A DNA stretch of 63,968 nucleotides, counting the filler. It is 6 parts of 6 records of this genome, joined end to end, with 100 filler letters (N's around TTAATTAATTAA, not from the genome) between each part and the next. Parts side by side here need not be neighbours in the genome. Positions count along the whole stretch, not along the records: positions 21,509 to 37,176 come from DRR378314_1506; positions 37,277 to 45,022 come from DRR378314_1509; 4 more parts are not named here. One strand, given 5' to 3'. Position 1 is the first letter of the stretch. Each line of letters opens with the position of its first letter. Under the pieces are notes generated by a model. It saw only the letters and a list, made by a program, of their open reading frames with translations, had not been told where the DNA came from and ran no database searches. Made by a program: the position numbers and the translations under genes. Positions 25,101 to 38,287 of this stretch are shown piece after piece.

Positions 25101-28100
25101 GCGGCGGAAGACGCGCGCAGCGAGCTCGAGGCGCGCGGGTCCGACGCCGCCGCCCTCGTCCGCGCAACAAGCGCGCCGGCGCGCGCAGAGCGGCTGCGCG
25201 CGGCGGCAGCAGCAGCGGCGCGCGCCGCAACTGCGCTCCGTGCCGCCGAGCGTGCGCTGGCGGCGCTCGGCGGCGGCGGAAAGGGCGCGCCCGAGTCGGC
25301 GATCGACGTCGCGGCCGCCAGCGCCGCTGCTGAGCGACTCGCAGGCGCCGCGGACGCGCTCGCGGCGGCGGCAACGCGGCGCTGGGACGAGTTCCAGACC
25401 AACCTTCCCGCCGTGCGCGCGGCGCTCGGCGAGCGCGCCGAGGCGCTGGCGGAGCGCGCGCGGCGCGCCGTGCAGGCGTGGCGGGACGCGGACCCGGCGG
25501 GCGCGGCGAGCGACGCGAGCGCCGCGGGCGCTGCAATCGTATCGGCGCGCGCGTCGCTGGCGTCGCTGCAGCGCGAGCGCGACGAGCTTGCCGAGCTCGG
25601 GCGCGTAGCGGGCAAGACGGTCGCCGTGCACCCCGGCGGCGTGCGCCTCGACGCGTGGGCGGGCGAGGTCGACGCGGCGGACGCGCTCTGGGGCGCGCTC
25701 GAGCGCATCGCGCTCGGTCCGCTGCGCGACCTGCGCGACACGCTCTGGGGCGCGCTGTCCGCAACGGCGCTCCGCGACCGCCTCGATGCGATTCTCGCCG
25801 CCATCGACCGCGCGACGGCGGCCAGCAGCGAAGACGACGAGCGCGCGGCGCCCGCCGAGTCGCTGCCTGCGCTTGTGCGCGACTGCGGCGCGGCGCGGCG
25901 CGTGCGCGAGCGCGTGGCCGCCGCGCGCGCCGCGTGCCCGCTGCTCGCGTCGCTGCGCTCGCCGGCGCTGCGCGACCGGCACTGGGCGCGGCTCGCGTCG
26001 CTGTGCGGGACGCCGGCGCTCGCCACCGCGGGCGCGGCGCGCGATGCGCCGCTGGGCGTGCTGTGGGACGCGCGGCTCGCGCGCTTCCGCAACGAGATCG
26101 CCGACGTCGTCGCGGCCGCCGAGGGCGAGCGCGCCGTCGAGGCCTTTCTCGACCAGCTGCGCCGCCACTGGTCGTCCGCGGCGCTCGGCGCGGCGCCGCT
26201 GCGCGGTGGGCGCGCGCGCGTCGCGCGCGGGTGGGACGCCGCGCTCACGTCGGCGCGCGACCATCTGGCAGCGCTAGCTGCGGCGCGCGCCTCGCCGCAC
26301 GCGGCGTTCTTTGCCGAGGACGTGCGGACATGGGAGGCGCGCCTGTCTGCGTTTGCGGCGCGCGCGGAGCTGTGGGTCGAGGCGCAGCGCCGGTACGTGC
26401 ACCTGGAGAGCGTGTTCCGCGCGCCGGGCGGCGAGCTCGAGGCGCAGCTGCCCGCGGAGCACGCGCGCTTCGGCGCGCTGGAGCGCGACTTTCGCGCAGC
26501 GCTCGACCGCCTGCTGGCGGTCGCGAGCGTGCTCGATATTGCGCGCGACGCGGTGGACGCGGGCGCCGCGGGCCGCGCCGGCGGAGGCGCGGGCGGCGGC
26601 GCGGACGGCGGCGTCCCGGCGACCGAGGCGGCGCTCGCGGCGCTCGTCGACGGGTTCCACGGCGTGCAGGCGGCGCTCGCCAAGTTCCTCGACGCGCAGC
26701 GCACGCGCTGGCCGCGGCTGTACTTTGTCAACAACGACGATCTGCTCGACTTGCTCGGCGGCGGCGGGCGGCCGGACACGTGCGGGCGGCACCTGCCGAA
26801 GCTGTTCGCCGGCGTGCACGCGCTGCAGACGACGGACCGCGGCAACACCATCACGGCCGTCGTGTCCGCCGAGGGCGAGACGCTCGCGCTCGGGACCGCC
26901 GTCGACGCCACGCCAGGCGGGAGCGGCGGCGGCGCGGTCGCGTGGCTGGCGGCGCTCGAGAGCGCGGTGCGCGATGCGGTCGGCGCCGCGCTGCGCGCGT
27001 GCCTCGCATCGGCGCCGTCGCTGCGCGGCGAGGACGGCATCACGCGCGACGCGCTCACCGCGTGGGTCAGCGCGCACCAGGGCCAGGCGCTGGCGGCCGT
27101 GCTGCACGCGCAGTTCACAGCCGCGGTCGAGTGGGCGCTCGAGCGGCGCCGCGAGGCCGGCGACGATGCGCGCGGCGCGCTGGCGCTGGTGCGCGCGCGC
27201 GTGGACGACGTGCTGGCCGGGCTCGCCGGGCTGGCGCGCGAGTCGTCGGTCGACGGCGCGCTGCGCCGCCGCTGCGAGGCGCTGACGCTCGAGGCGGTGC
27301 ACGAGCGCAGCGTCCTCGAGCACCTCGACACTGTGCGCGCGCAGTCGCCGTCGCACATCGCGTGGCGCCAGCAGCTGCGCGGGTATATGGCGCCGGCGGA
27401 CGGCGCCGGCGGGCGCGGCGTGGCGTACGAGCTCGCGGTCGGCGACGCGGTGTTCCCGTACGGGTACGAGTTCTTCGGCGCCCCGGAGCGCCTCGTGCAG
27501 TCGGCGCTCACCGATCGCTCGATTCTCGCGCTCGCCCAGGCGCTGCACTGGCGGCTTGGCGGCGCGCCGCGCGGCCCAGCCGGTACTGGCAAAACGGAGA
27601 CGGTCAAGTTTCTCGGGCAGCTGCTCGGCCGGATGACGCTCGTGTTCAATTGCGACGAAGGGTTCGACGGGCGCGCCATGACGCGCATTCTGAGCGGCCT
27701 CTGCCGCACGGGCGCGTTCGGCTGCTTCGACGAATTCAATCGGCTAGCCGAAGCCGACATGAGTGCCGTGTCGCAGGACCTCGAAGCCATACAGAGCGCT
27801 CTGCGCCACGACACGCGCTCCGTCCCGCTCGGCGGCCGGCGCGTTCCCGTCGAGCGCGGCGTCGGCGTGTTCGTGACGATGAATCCGGACTACATCGGCC
27901 GGCAGCAGCTGCCGGAGAACCTGCGCCAGCTCTTCCGCCCGGTCACGATGGCGCGTCCGGACAACGCGACGATCGCCGAGGTCGTGCTGGCCGCGCAGGG
28001 CTTCGTGCACGCGCGCGACCTCGCCGGGAGCGCTGTCCCGTTGTTTGAGCGCTGTCGCGCGGAGCTCTCGGACCAGGCGCACTACGATTTCGGCCTCCGC

Positions 28101-31100
28101 GCCCTCAAGGCGGTGCTTGCGCGCGCCGGCACGCTCATGCGCCGCCACCACGCCGCTGCGGCGAGCTCCGATGGCGCTCCAGAGACGGCGGGCACCGACC
28201 GCTCGGTCGAAGTCCGCGTGCTCGCGGCGGCATTTGTGCTGGCGGTGAAGCCCAAGCTGCTCGCGCGCGACGCCGCGGTGTTCGGCGCGCTGCTGCGCGA
28301 GGCGTTCCCCGGGTGCGCGACGGGCGTGTCGCCGACCGACAGCGTGCGCGCTGCCGTCGAGACCTCGCGGAGCGCACTTCTTCTCGAAGGCGCCGCTGCG
28401 TTCGACAACAAGACGTACGAGCTCCTGGAGATCGTGCGTGCGCACCACGGCGTCATGCTCGTGGGCCCACCGGGATCCGGGAAGAGCGCCGCACTCGCAA
28501 CGCTCCGCGACGCGATCGGCGTGCTCGGCGGAGCGCCGCTGCGCGAGCACCGCCTCGATGCCAAGACCCTCCCGAAAGGCGCATTGTTCGGCGAGCTCGA
28601 CGAGACGACGCGCGACTGGACCGATGGTGTGTTCACAGCGCTTCTGCGTGGTATCATCGAAGACACTCGCGCGGCCGCGGGAGGCGGCGCAGACGCAGAT
28701 GCGGACGCGAGCGCCGCCGCCCTTCCACTGCCGCAGCACTGGATCGTTTTCGACGGCGACGTCGATCCGACATGGATTGAGAACCTGAACTCGGTGCTCG
28801 ACGACAACCGCGTGCTGACGCTGCCCAACGGAGAGCGCCTGGCCTTGCCCGACACGGTGCGTCTCGTGTTCGAGGTGGATTCGCTCCAGTTTGCGACGCA
28901 GGCGACTGTCAGCCGGGTCGGCATGGTCTGGTTTGGCAACGACACTGTCCCGGTTGCGGCAGCGGTGCAGCGCTTTGCGGCGCTTCTGCGCCGCGGCGGG
29001 CCCACGCTCGCGGCGCGTGTCGCAGACGTCGCGCCGCTGGCGAGCGGCCGAGGCAGTGCCGACGCGCCGGCGACGGCGCCGGACTTCTCCGCCGGCGCAA
29101 CGGCCGTGGCAGCCGCCCTCGAGCGCGAGCTCGATCTCGTCGAGAGCGTGCTCGACGCTGCCGCTGCGCTGGGCGACGCGCACATCATGCCGTTTGCGCG
29201 CGGCCGCGTACTCGGCACGCTGTTCTCGCTGCTCGGCGCAGCGGCCGCCGAGGCCGACGACGAGGCTTCGAGCGGCGTCGAAGGCGGCGACGGCGACCGC
29301 GCGGTGCTCGACGCCTTTGCCGCGCAGCGCGTCGTCGAGAGCCTCGTGTGGGCCGCCGGTGGGTCGCTGGACGATGCGGCGCGGCGGCAGCTCGCCGGTC
29401 GCGTCGCCGAGCTGTGCTCGACGGCGGCCGCTGCGCCGCGGAGCGGGGCGCTCGTCGACGCGCACGCGGTGTGGGCGCGCGGGTGGGTGCGCTGGGATGC
29501 GGCGCTGCGGCCGGCGGCGCTCTCGCACGAGGACGTGCTGCGGCCGGACGTCGTCGTCGAGACGGCCGACACGGTGCGGCACCGCGCGCTCGTGCTGCAG
29601 ATGCTCCGCGCGTCGTCGCGCGTCGTGCTTCTCTGCGGTCCGCCGGGCTCGGGAAAGACGCTGTTGCTGAAGGAGGCGCTCGCTGCGCTGCCGTCGGCGG
29701 AGCTGCTCGAGACGACGTTTGCCTCGGGCACGTCGGTCACCGCGCTCCTGGCGCTGCTCGAAAGCCGCTGCGTGTACGCGCAGGCGTCGGATGGGCTGGT
29801 GCTGCGGCCGCGGCGCGACGGCAGCGAGCTCGTTGTGTTTTGCGACGAGCTGAATCTGCCCGCTGCCGACGCGTACGGGACCGCGCGCGTGCTGGCGTTT
29901 CTGCGCCAGGTCGTTCTTCACGACGCGTTTTGGCACGCGGAGCGCCAGCGCCGTGTGCGCCTGGAGCGCGTCCGCTTCGTGGCCGCGTGCAACCCGCCGA
30001 CCGACGCCGGGCGGCACCCGCTGCCGCCGCGCCTGCTGCGCCTCGTTGCGCTGCTGCGCGTGCCGCTGCCGGGCCGCGAGGCGCTCGGCCGGATCTACGG
30101 CGCGCTCGCTCGCGGTGCGCTGCAGCTGGCGCCGCAGCTGCGGCAGCGCGCCGACGCGCTCGCGGACGCGATGGTCGGCGTGCACGCGGCGCTTGCCGAG
30201 CGCTTCGGCGACGCGCGCGCGCCGCACCGCGTGTTCTCGCCGCGCGACCTCTCGCGCTGGCTGCGCGCCGTGTACGCCACGCTGCGCGGCGCCGTTGCCG
30301 ACGGGCGCGACGACACCGACGCGCTCTTCCTCGCGCTCGCCGCGTCGCACGAGGGCGAGCGCGTGCTGGTCGACCGGTTGCCCTCGGAGACGGACCGCCG
30401 CGCCGCGAGCGCGCTGCTGCGCCGCGCCGTGCACGACGCCGTCGGGGTCGCCGCGCCGCGCGACGGCGTCGACGCGCTGTGCGACGCCGACGGGCGCGCG
30501 GTGCTCTTCGCCGCGTGGACGCGGCGCTCGTACGGCCCAACGGATGCCAATGAACTGCGAACGTACGCGCGCGCGCGGCTGCGCACGTTCTTCGACGAAG
30601 AGCTCGGCACAGCCGAGCTCGTTCTCCACGACGACGCGCTGGCGCACTGCGTGCGGATCGACCGCGCGCTGCGCCAGCCCATGGAGCACCTGCTGCTCGT
30701 CTCCGAGTCCGGCGCCGGCGCGACGGTGCTGACGCGGTTCTGCGCGTGGCACGCGCGCTGCGCGCTGCACACCATCCAGCCGCACCCGCGCTACTCGCTC
30801 GACGATTTCGACGACGACGTCCGCGCCGCTTGCACCGACGCCGGGGCGCGGCGCGAGCGCACAGTACTCCTCTTTCCCTCCGCAGCGATGGAGAACTCGG
30901 CGTTCCTCGAGCGCATCAACTCGCTGCTCACCGCGGGCGAGGTGCCCGGGCTGTTCGCCGGCGCAGCGCGCGACGAGCTGCTCGCGCTCTGCCGCCGCGA
31001 GGGCGCCGAGCGCGGCGAGACCGCGCGCAGCGAAGAGGCTGCGTACGCCTCGTTTGTGGCGCGTGTGCGCGAGAATCTGCACGCAGTGTTTGTGCTGAAC

Positions 31101-34100
31101 CCGCGCACGGTGCGGCTCGCCGACTCGGCCGCCGCCTCGCCGGCGCTCTTCAACCGCTGCGTCATCGACTGGGTCGGCGCGTGGAGCACGGCCGCCATGC
31201 TCCAGGTCGCCACCGAGGTCGTGCGCGCCGCCGAGGTCGGCCCGGACGCGTTCGTTGACGGCCGTCCGAGCCTGCAGCACGTGCTGCAGCACGAGCTTGT
31301 GCGCGACCTTCTCGGCAGCGCGATCGGCGACGAGGTTGCGGAGAGGACGGGCGCAGACGGCGACGCGGCGCGCGAAGCCATCGCCGCCGCGCTTGTCGCG
31401 GTGCACGCGACAGCCGCCGAGCTGTTTGCGGCGCCTGCGCCGTCGGACTCGCCGCGCGCCGTGAGCGAGTACGCGGTGACGCCCGCGCAGCTCGTAGCGC
31501 TGGCGCGCGCGTTTGTGCACGGCGTGAGCGCGCGCCGCGCCGCGCTGGCGGATCGCATCACCCATCTGCGCCGCGGCACCGAGGCGCTTGCCACAGCGCG
31601 CGCCGCGGTCGCGACGATGCGCGAGGAGCTCGCGGAGAAGCGCAAGGAGCTGGACGCCGCCGACGCCGCCGCGCGCGCGTCGCTGGAGCGCATCGTCGAC
31701 GATGAGCGCAAGGCGGAGACGAGCCGCGGCGAGGCGCTGGCGCTGCGCGACGAGATCGAGGGCCGGCAGGGCGAGGTCGACGAGCGCGCCGCGCGCGTGC
31801 GCGAGGACCTCGCCGACGGCGAGAGCGCCGTCGCATCAGCGCGCTCCGCCGTGCAAGGGATCCGCAAGCCGCAGCTCGACGAAGTGCGGCGTCTCACAGC
31901 GCCGCCTGTCGGCGTGCGGCTCGCTGTCGAAGCGGTGTGCGCGTGCCTCGGCCACGACGTGAAGGACTGGCGCGCGACGCAGCGCGTGCTGCGGCGCGAC
32001 GACTTCATCGCGTCGATCCTGCAGTTCGACGGCGAGGCGTTCGCCCGAGAGCGCAGCCGCATCACGCGCGTGCGCAAGCTCGCGTCAGCGCCGGAATTCA
32101 CGTACGAGACCGTGAACCACGCGTCCAAGGCGTGCGGCCCGCTGGTGCAGTGGGTCAAGGCGCAGGTGGCGCTCGCCGACATCGTGAGCTCGGTGGCGCC
32201 GCTGCGCGCCGAGGTCGAGGAGCTCGAAGGCCTGCAGGCGGCGCTCCGCGAGCGCCTCGGCGAGAAGGAGCGCGAGATCGCCGGCGCCACCGAGCACATC
32301 GCCGCGCTGAAGCGCGAGTACGGCGAAGCGGTCGCGCGCACCGAGGCGATCAAGCGCGACGCAGAGGCCGTGGAGAAGCGCCTCGAGCGCGCGGACGCGC
32401 TGCCGTCGTCGCTCGCGGACGAGGCCGCGCGCTGGGAGGCCGAGGCCGCGCGCGCCGCCGACGACGCCGCCGCGTGCGCGGGCGAGGCGCTCGCGGCGGC
32501 GGCGGCGCACGTGTACGGCGGCGTTCTCGGCCCCGCAGAGCGCGCCGACTTTGCGCGCCGCGTCGCTGCCGTCACACGCGCGTGCGGGATGGTGACTGCG
32601 ACGCACAGCGACGACGACGGCGAGCGCGGCGGCCTCGGCGGGTTCGGCGCGGTCGAGCTCGCGAGCGAGGCCGAGCGGCGCGCGTGGTGCGCGGCGGGGC
32701 TGCCCGGCGACGCGTTCTCCGCGGCGTCGGCGGCGATCGCGCTCGCGGCGCCGCGGTGCGCGTACGCCATCGATCCGCTGGGCACCGCCGCGGCGTTCTT
32801 CGCGCGCCACCTGCGCGATGTGCAGCCGGTGTTGACCTCGGCGCGCGACGCCGGGTTCGCGAAAGCGGTCGAGAGCGCCGCGCGCTTCGGGCTGCCGCTC
32901 GTCGTGCGCGACGCCGAGGCGGCGGACTCGTCGCTGCTCCCGCTGCTCTCCGGCGCGACAAAGTCGCAGGGCGGGCGGCGCCTGGTGCGCTTCCACGGGC
33001 GCGACATTGACCTCTCGCCCACGTTCCGCCTCTTCCTCGTCAGCGGCGTCGAAGGGCACGTTCTCCCGCCGCAGCTCGCGTCGCGCGTGTCCGTGGCGAG
33101 CTTCGCCCCGTCGCGCGATGCGCTGCGCGCGCGCTGCCTCGCAGCGACGCTGCGCGCGGCGCAGCCCGAGCTGCACGCGCGGCGCGCGGCGCTCCAGGCC
33201 GCGCAGGGCGGACGAGCGGCGCAGCTGCGCGAGCTCGAGGACCGGATCCTCGACGCCGTCGCGGACGCCGGGGCGATTCTCAACGACGACGCCGCGGCGG
33301 AGACGCTCGAGGCCGCGCGGCGCGACGCGGCGGCCACGCGCGCGCTCCAGCGCGACGCCGCCGCCGCCGCCGCCGAGGCCGATCGCGCCGCCTCGGAGTA
33401 CGCGCCGGTCGCCGATGTAGCCGCAGACGCGGTGGGCGCAACGGCGGCGCTGAGTCGCTCCGAGAGCGTGTATGCGTTCTCGACGCGCGCGTTCCTGGCC
33501 GCGTGCGACATGGCGCTCGCCAGCGCAGCGGTGCGTGACCAGAGCGCCGAAGAGATCGCGGCGAGCGTGCTGCGCGCGGTGTTCCGCCGCTTTGCGCCGG
33601 GGATCGCCGCGCGCGATCGGCCGGCGTACGCGGCGGCGCTCGCGCTCGTGCACACGCGCCACTGCCACCCGTCGGCGCTCCCGCCGGCGCTCCTGCGCGC
33701 GTGGCGCGCCGCGGCTTCGGCGGCGGGAGACGCGCGCGCAGACAGCGCCCTGCGCGCTGCGCTCGAGCAAGCCGGAGCACCAGCAGACGCCGCGCGGGCG
33801 CTCGGCGCGCTCGCAGAGGGCGTGGGCGTGCAGGGCGCCGTGCAGGAGGAGCTGGGCGCGTGGGTCGCGGCGCTGCGCGGGGACGCGGCGGCGCTGCCGC
33901 AGCGCTGGGAGTCCGCGCTGCGCGCCCGGACCGCGCGCGGCGTCGATGTGTGCCGCGCTGCGCTCGACAGTACCGCGCGCCCAGAACGAACGCGTACCGT
34001 CCTGGCAGAGCTGGCGCAAGCGGTACTCGGCGAAGAGCTCGACGTGTACGTGCCGCCGGCGATCGAAGAGGTGCTGGCAGCTGCGGAGCGCGAGCGCGAC

Positions 34101-35894
34101 GTCCGTTGCCGCTCGGGCGATGCGGATGAGCAGCCGGACGAGGACGAGGACGCCGAGGAGGAAGCAGTTGCGCCAATCGTCCTCTTGACCGCCCGTGGTC
34201 GCGACGTGACGCGGGAACTCGAAGAGCTTGCGTCGTCGCGCGGTGTGACTCTATGCGTCGCGGCGCTGGGGTCGGCGGAGCGGAACCGCGAGGCGGAGGC
34301 GGCCGTTGCGACTGCGCAGCGCGGTGGCGGGTGGGTTCTGCTGGCCAACGGGCATCTGGCGCCGCACGTCCTCGGTGCGCTTGTGAAGCGCCTCGCTCCG
34401 GGAAGCCATGCCGGTGCGCACCGCGACGCGCGCGTGTTTGTGGCCATGGAAGCGTCGGTAGGCGCCGCAGTGCGCTCCGAGGCGGCGCCGCTGCTGCGTG
34501 TGAGCCACACCGTGCTCTTTGAAGCGGCAACGGGAATGCGAGCGGGCATTCTGCGCGCACTCCGCGACGTCGAAGCGGCCGCTGCGGACATGGACGACAC
34601 ACTAGCCAACGCGTCGACGACGGACTCTGGCGCGTCCCGCGTACCAGCCGCTGCTGCGTTTGCAGCCCTTGCCGGAACGCTTGTGTACTTCCACGCCGCT
34701 GCGGAGGAGCGCGGGCGCTTTGGGCGCCTCGGGTGGGCACGTGCCCCCGAGCTTGCTGCTGGCGACGTACGCGCATCGCTCGCGATCGTGTCGGCGGCGC
34801 TCGAGCGGCAGCTTGGCGCGAGTGACGCTGAACACGCAACAACGGCGCTCAAGCGCCTTGCGGATGAAGCGGGACAGTTCGACGACGCGGCAGCGCTGGT
34901 ACGCACAGTGCGCGAGATGGTGCTGCAGAGCGTGTACGTGTCGAAGCTCGACGCCGATGCGGACGCGGCGGTGTGCCGGTCGCTGGGCGAGTGGCTCATC
35001 GACGGTGAGGCACCGCAGGCTCTTGTCGATCGCGTGGGTGCCATCACCGGCACACCACTTGGTTCTGTCCTGGCGAGCGCGAGTACAGGAGGCGCGTCAA
35101 CGCGCGATCTGGTGGCGCGCGTGCGCGACTGGGCAGAGGGTTTGCCAGCAGTCGGACAGCCAGAGTGGGCGGGCTTGGTCCGTGGCTCCGCGGCTGCCGA
35201 AGCAGTGCGCGAGGGCGCGTTCATCGCGTCGCGCGCGCTCGCGCTTGCCGAGGGAGGCGCCACGGAGTCGTCGGCAACGGTGCGCAGCGGCGACGCGCAA
35301 GGCGCAGCTGCCGACGACGACAAGACCAGCGCGCCCGCCAAGGCTTCGCGCAAGTCACAGGACAGCACTGCCGAAACAGGCGGCGCAGTGGCCGAAGATG
35401 CACTCGGCCGTTGGCTCGCGCGCGAGCCGCAGCTCGACGCGACAACCGCAATCCGCCAAGACGGCACCGTCGCAGTCGCGGCCTCGCAGGTGTGTGCGCC
35501 CGCAGCGCTCTTCAGCGCGGTGCGCGGACGTGCAGCACAGGCGCTGCGCTGTGCGCCAGCGGACGTTGAACTTGTTGCTGCCGGGGAGGGCACTGAGAAC
35601 CCGGTCCTGATCCTTTTCGATGCAATCACGGAATGCGTTGCGCTCGACAGCAAAAGCGGACGGGCGCTGCGCAACAATGCGGTCCGCTCGCCGGTTTCTG
35701 CGCTGCATCTGATTGGTCGGAAGCGCGACCCCGCGCTGCGCGAGGGTGTCGTTACGCTTCAAGTGCCCGTTTACCCACGGAGCGGGCCCTGGCAACAAGC
35801 AGTCGACTTTGTAGTATTCGAGATTAATGCAGAGAGTGGCTCGCAAAACACTGTTCCGCCTCCCCAGGTGCTTGCACCGGCGCTACTTTTGTGA
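22139..35894 (+). CDS. Cytoplasmic dynein-1-type heavy chain, highly divergent; one ~13.7-kb exon, true 5' end unresolved
   Basis: Part of ORF 21738..35894. AAA1 GPAGTGKTETVK, VFNCDEGFD, CFDEFNRL, HYDFGLRALK; AAA2 GPPGSGKS, WIVFDGDVDP..LDDNRVLTLPNGERL; AAA3 LCGPPGSGKT, VFCDELNLP; stalk/MTBD IRKPQLDEVRRLTAPP. Lacks the dynein-2 AGKG insert after TMNP and has HYDFG rather than HYDWG. Likely acceptor at 22138 with TACTAAC at 22088-22094. Confidence 0.9.
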
Positions 35895-37176
35895 AACTGC
35901 CAGTAGGAGCGACGTGAGAGGGCCAAGACATGTGATGCCGGGGGGAAACGCCGCACTGCACCTGCCGTGCTTGTTTTGCGTATCCACGATCCTTTCTCCG
36001 CGGGCGTTGATCGCAAAGAACGGATACATGTATCATCGCAGCAAGCATTGGTGCGCCATGGTGGGAAATGTATGTTGTAAAAAGAATTCGAGGTCCCCTG
36101 GGTTCCTGCTTCTGTTGCTGGGCGGTGGTGATGTCGCACGTTGCTTCCGCACGGAAGGGGGCTGGCCCTCGCCAAGAGGCGCGCGCTCTGGGCCAGAACC
36201 TGCGGCACTGCAAGGCGCGCGTGTTGCTGTTCCGTTGCGGCTCGGCACGGATACGGCGACCTGAAACACACATGTACGCTACTGTACCTACCCACGCTTC
36301 GAAGAGCCCCGCACATGCTGTAGTGCTCGCGAATGCAGCACGTGCTCACTCCCCCGCCAAGAAAGTTCGCAAGGGCGAGTAGTCGCACCGCGGCGCGACA
36401 GCAGCACGCAGTGATGCGCCTCTGCGGGACAGACTCTCCAAGCCATACGGATCCTTTCGACAGTGCCCTTCGTTCAAATGCTTCCACCAGTCTCTCCCTG
36501 TGGTACTTGCCGAGCAGTCGTGGGTGCCGGTCGACACAAGCACATCGCCCGATTGGTGGTCGCCAGGGCCGGGCGCCGCTGCACGTACTGTGCGCCACTC
36601 GGCCAGCAGCACAGCTGCTTCTCATGTCCGCCCTCGAGTTGCTCCTGTCAGTAGTCCCTAACCCTACCAAGACTCGGACATCCCCATGGTACGAGACAGG
36701 TATCTTTTTGTACCCTATAATCCAAACCGATGCGCGACCCGAACTAGGCCCGCTTGCGCTGGATTTGGATCGAAGCGGGTCTTCCATCCCCGCTCGCCCG
36801 CGCTTTGCCGCACGTCGCGTTCCCTTTGGCCGCCGCATCCTCGCCCGAGCACGTCTCGCCTCGCGTCACCTGCGCTTTCCGAAGCCATGTCCGACTCTCA
36901 GATCACACTCGTCAGGTATGATCCTCCCTCGCCTCGCAGCTGCTTCGCCCTTGCTTCCCAACAAGGGAACGCATGTAGGTAGTGGTGTATATACCTTGCA
37001 CAGCAAACGAGAGAGCGGCGGACGCGCGTGTGCGCCGTGAGTGCGTCCGCACCCGCGTCGCGTTGCGCTGCGCAGCGGGCGCCCTGCTCGCTCCAGCATA
37101 CGGACGAGGCAACCTAAGTCGCGTAATCCGTTGCGAAAATTTGTGCATTGTTTCAGCAAGTAAAATCCATTATTCA

Positions 37177-37276
37177 NNNNNNNNNNNNNNNNNNNNNNNN
37201 NNNNNNNNNNNNNNNNNNNNTTAATTAATTAANNNNNNNNNNNNNNNNNNNNNNNNNNNNNNNNNNNNNNNNNNNN
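37177..37276. other. Artificial contig-joining spacer
   Basis: N-TTAATTAATTAA-N, 100 nt. Confidence 0.98.
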
Positions 37277-38233
37277 TTTCAGGGTCATCAGCCGGGCCTG
37301 CTCGATTTCACAGGCGCTCTTGGCGATGTCTTCGCGGCAGGAGCCGTGCTTGATCATCGGCTGGCCGAACACCACGCGCTCGTTGGCACGCTTGCACATC
37401 AGCTCGAGGGCGCGCTGGGCGGCGCCGATCAGACGCATGCAGTGGTGAATGCGGCCGGGACCGAGGCGACCCTGGGCGATTTCAAAGCCGCGGCCCTCGC
37501 CGAGGATGATGTTTTCCTTGGGCACGCGCACGTTTTCGAAGATCACTTCGGCGTGGCCTTCCGGCGCGTCCACGGAGCCGAGCACCATCATCGGACGTTT
37601 GACGTTAACACCCGGGGTGTTCATCGGCACCAGAATCTGCGACTGCTGCTGGTGGCGGTTGGGGTTGTCCGGGTCGGTCTTGCCCATCACGATCATGATT
37701 TCGCAGGATTCGCGCATCGCGCCGCTGATGTAGAACTTGCGGCCGTTGATGACGTAATCGTCGCCGTCACGGGTGATGGAGGTTTCGATGTTGGTGGCGT
37801 CGGAGGACGCCACTTCCGGCTCGGTCATCGCGAACGCGGAGCGGATCTTGCCTTCCATCAGCGGCTCGAGCCATTGCTTCTTCTGGGCTTCGTTGCCGTA
37901 CTTGGCGAGCACTTCCATGTTGCCGGTGTCCGGCGCGGAGCAGTTGAAGCACTCGGAGGCGATGTGGTGGCGGCCCATCTGTTCCGCCAGCGAGGCGTAT
38001 TCCAGGTTGGTCAGGCCCGGGCTCAGCTCGCCGTGTTCCTTGGGCAGGAACAGGTTCCACAGGCCCTTGGCTTTCGCCTTGGCTTTGAGCTCGTCCAGGA
38101 TCGGCGGCGTCTTCCAGGGGTTCTGCTCGAGCTGCTCGTGGTAGGTGTGCTCGGCGGGCACCACTTCGTTATCGATGAAGGTGCGTACCTGGTTGATCAG
38201 GTCCTGGGTCTTTTCCGAATGTTCGAAATCCAT
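37277..38233 (-). CDS. Acyl-CoA dehydrogenase, ACAD10/11 (FadE2)-like, 3' truncated
   Basis: [64 protein letters not shown]-like RBS upstream. Confidence 0.92.
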
Positions 38234-38287
38234 GTTGCTCTCCTCTTGAATAAGGCGGCCGTTATGACCCGGCCTCTTTGATCCGTT

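Noticed and set aside
23672..35677. Antisense ORFs of 1273-1628 aa overlapping the dynein, and similar ones over the NHE and Tpr
   Set aside because: Shadow ORFs expected at very high GC with strong codon bias; Ser/Ala/Arg low-complexity with no motifs.
35771..37040. ORFs 35771..36838 (-) and 36333..37040 (+) after the dynein
   Set aside because: No motif or clear codon signal on either strand; cannot be called without transcripts.
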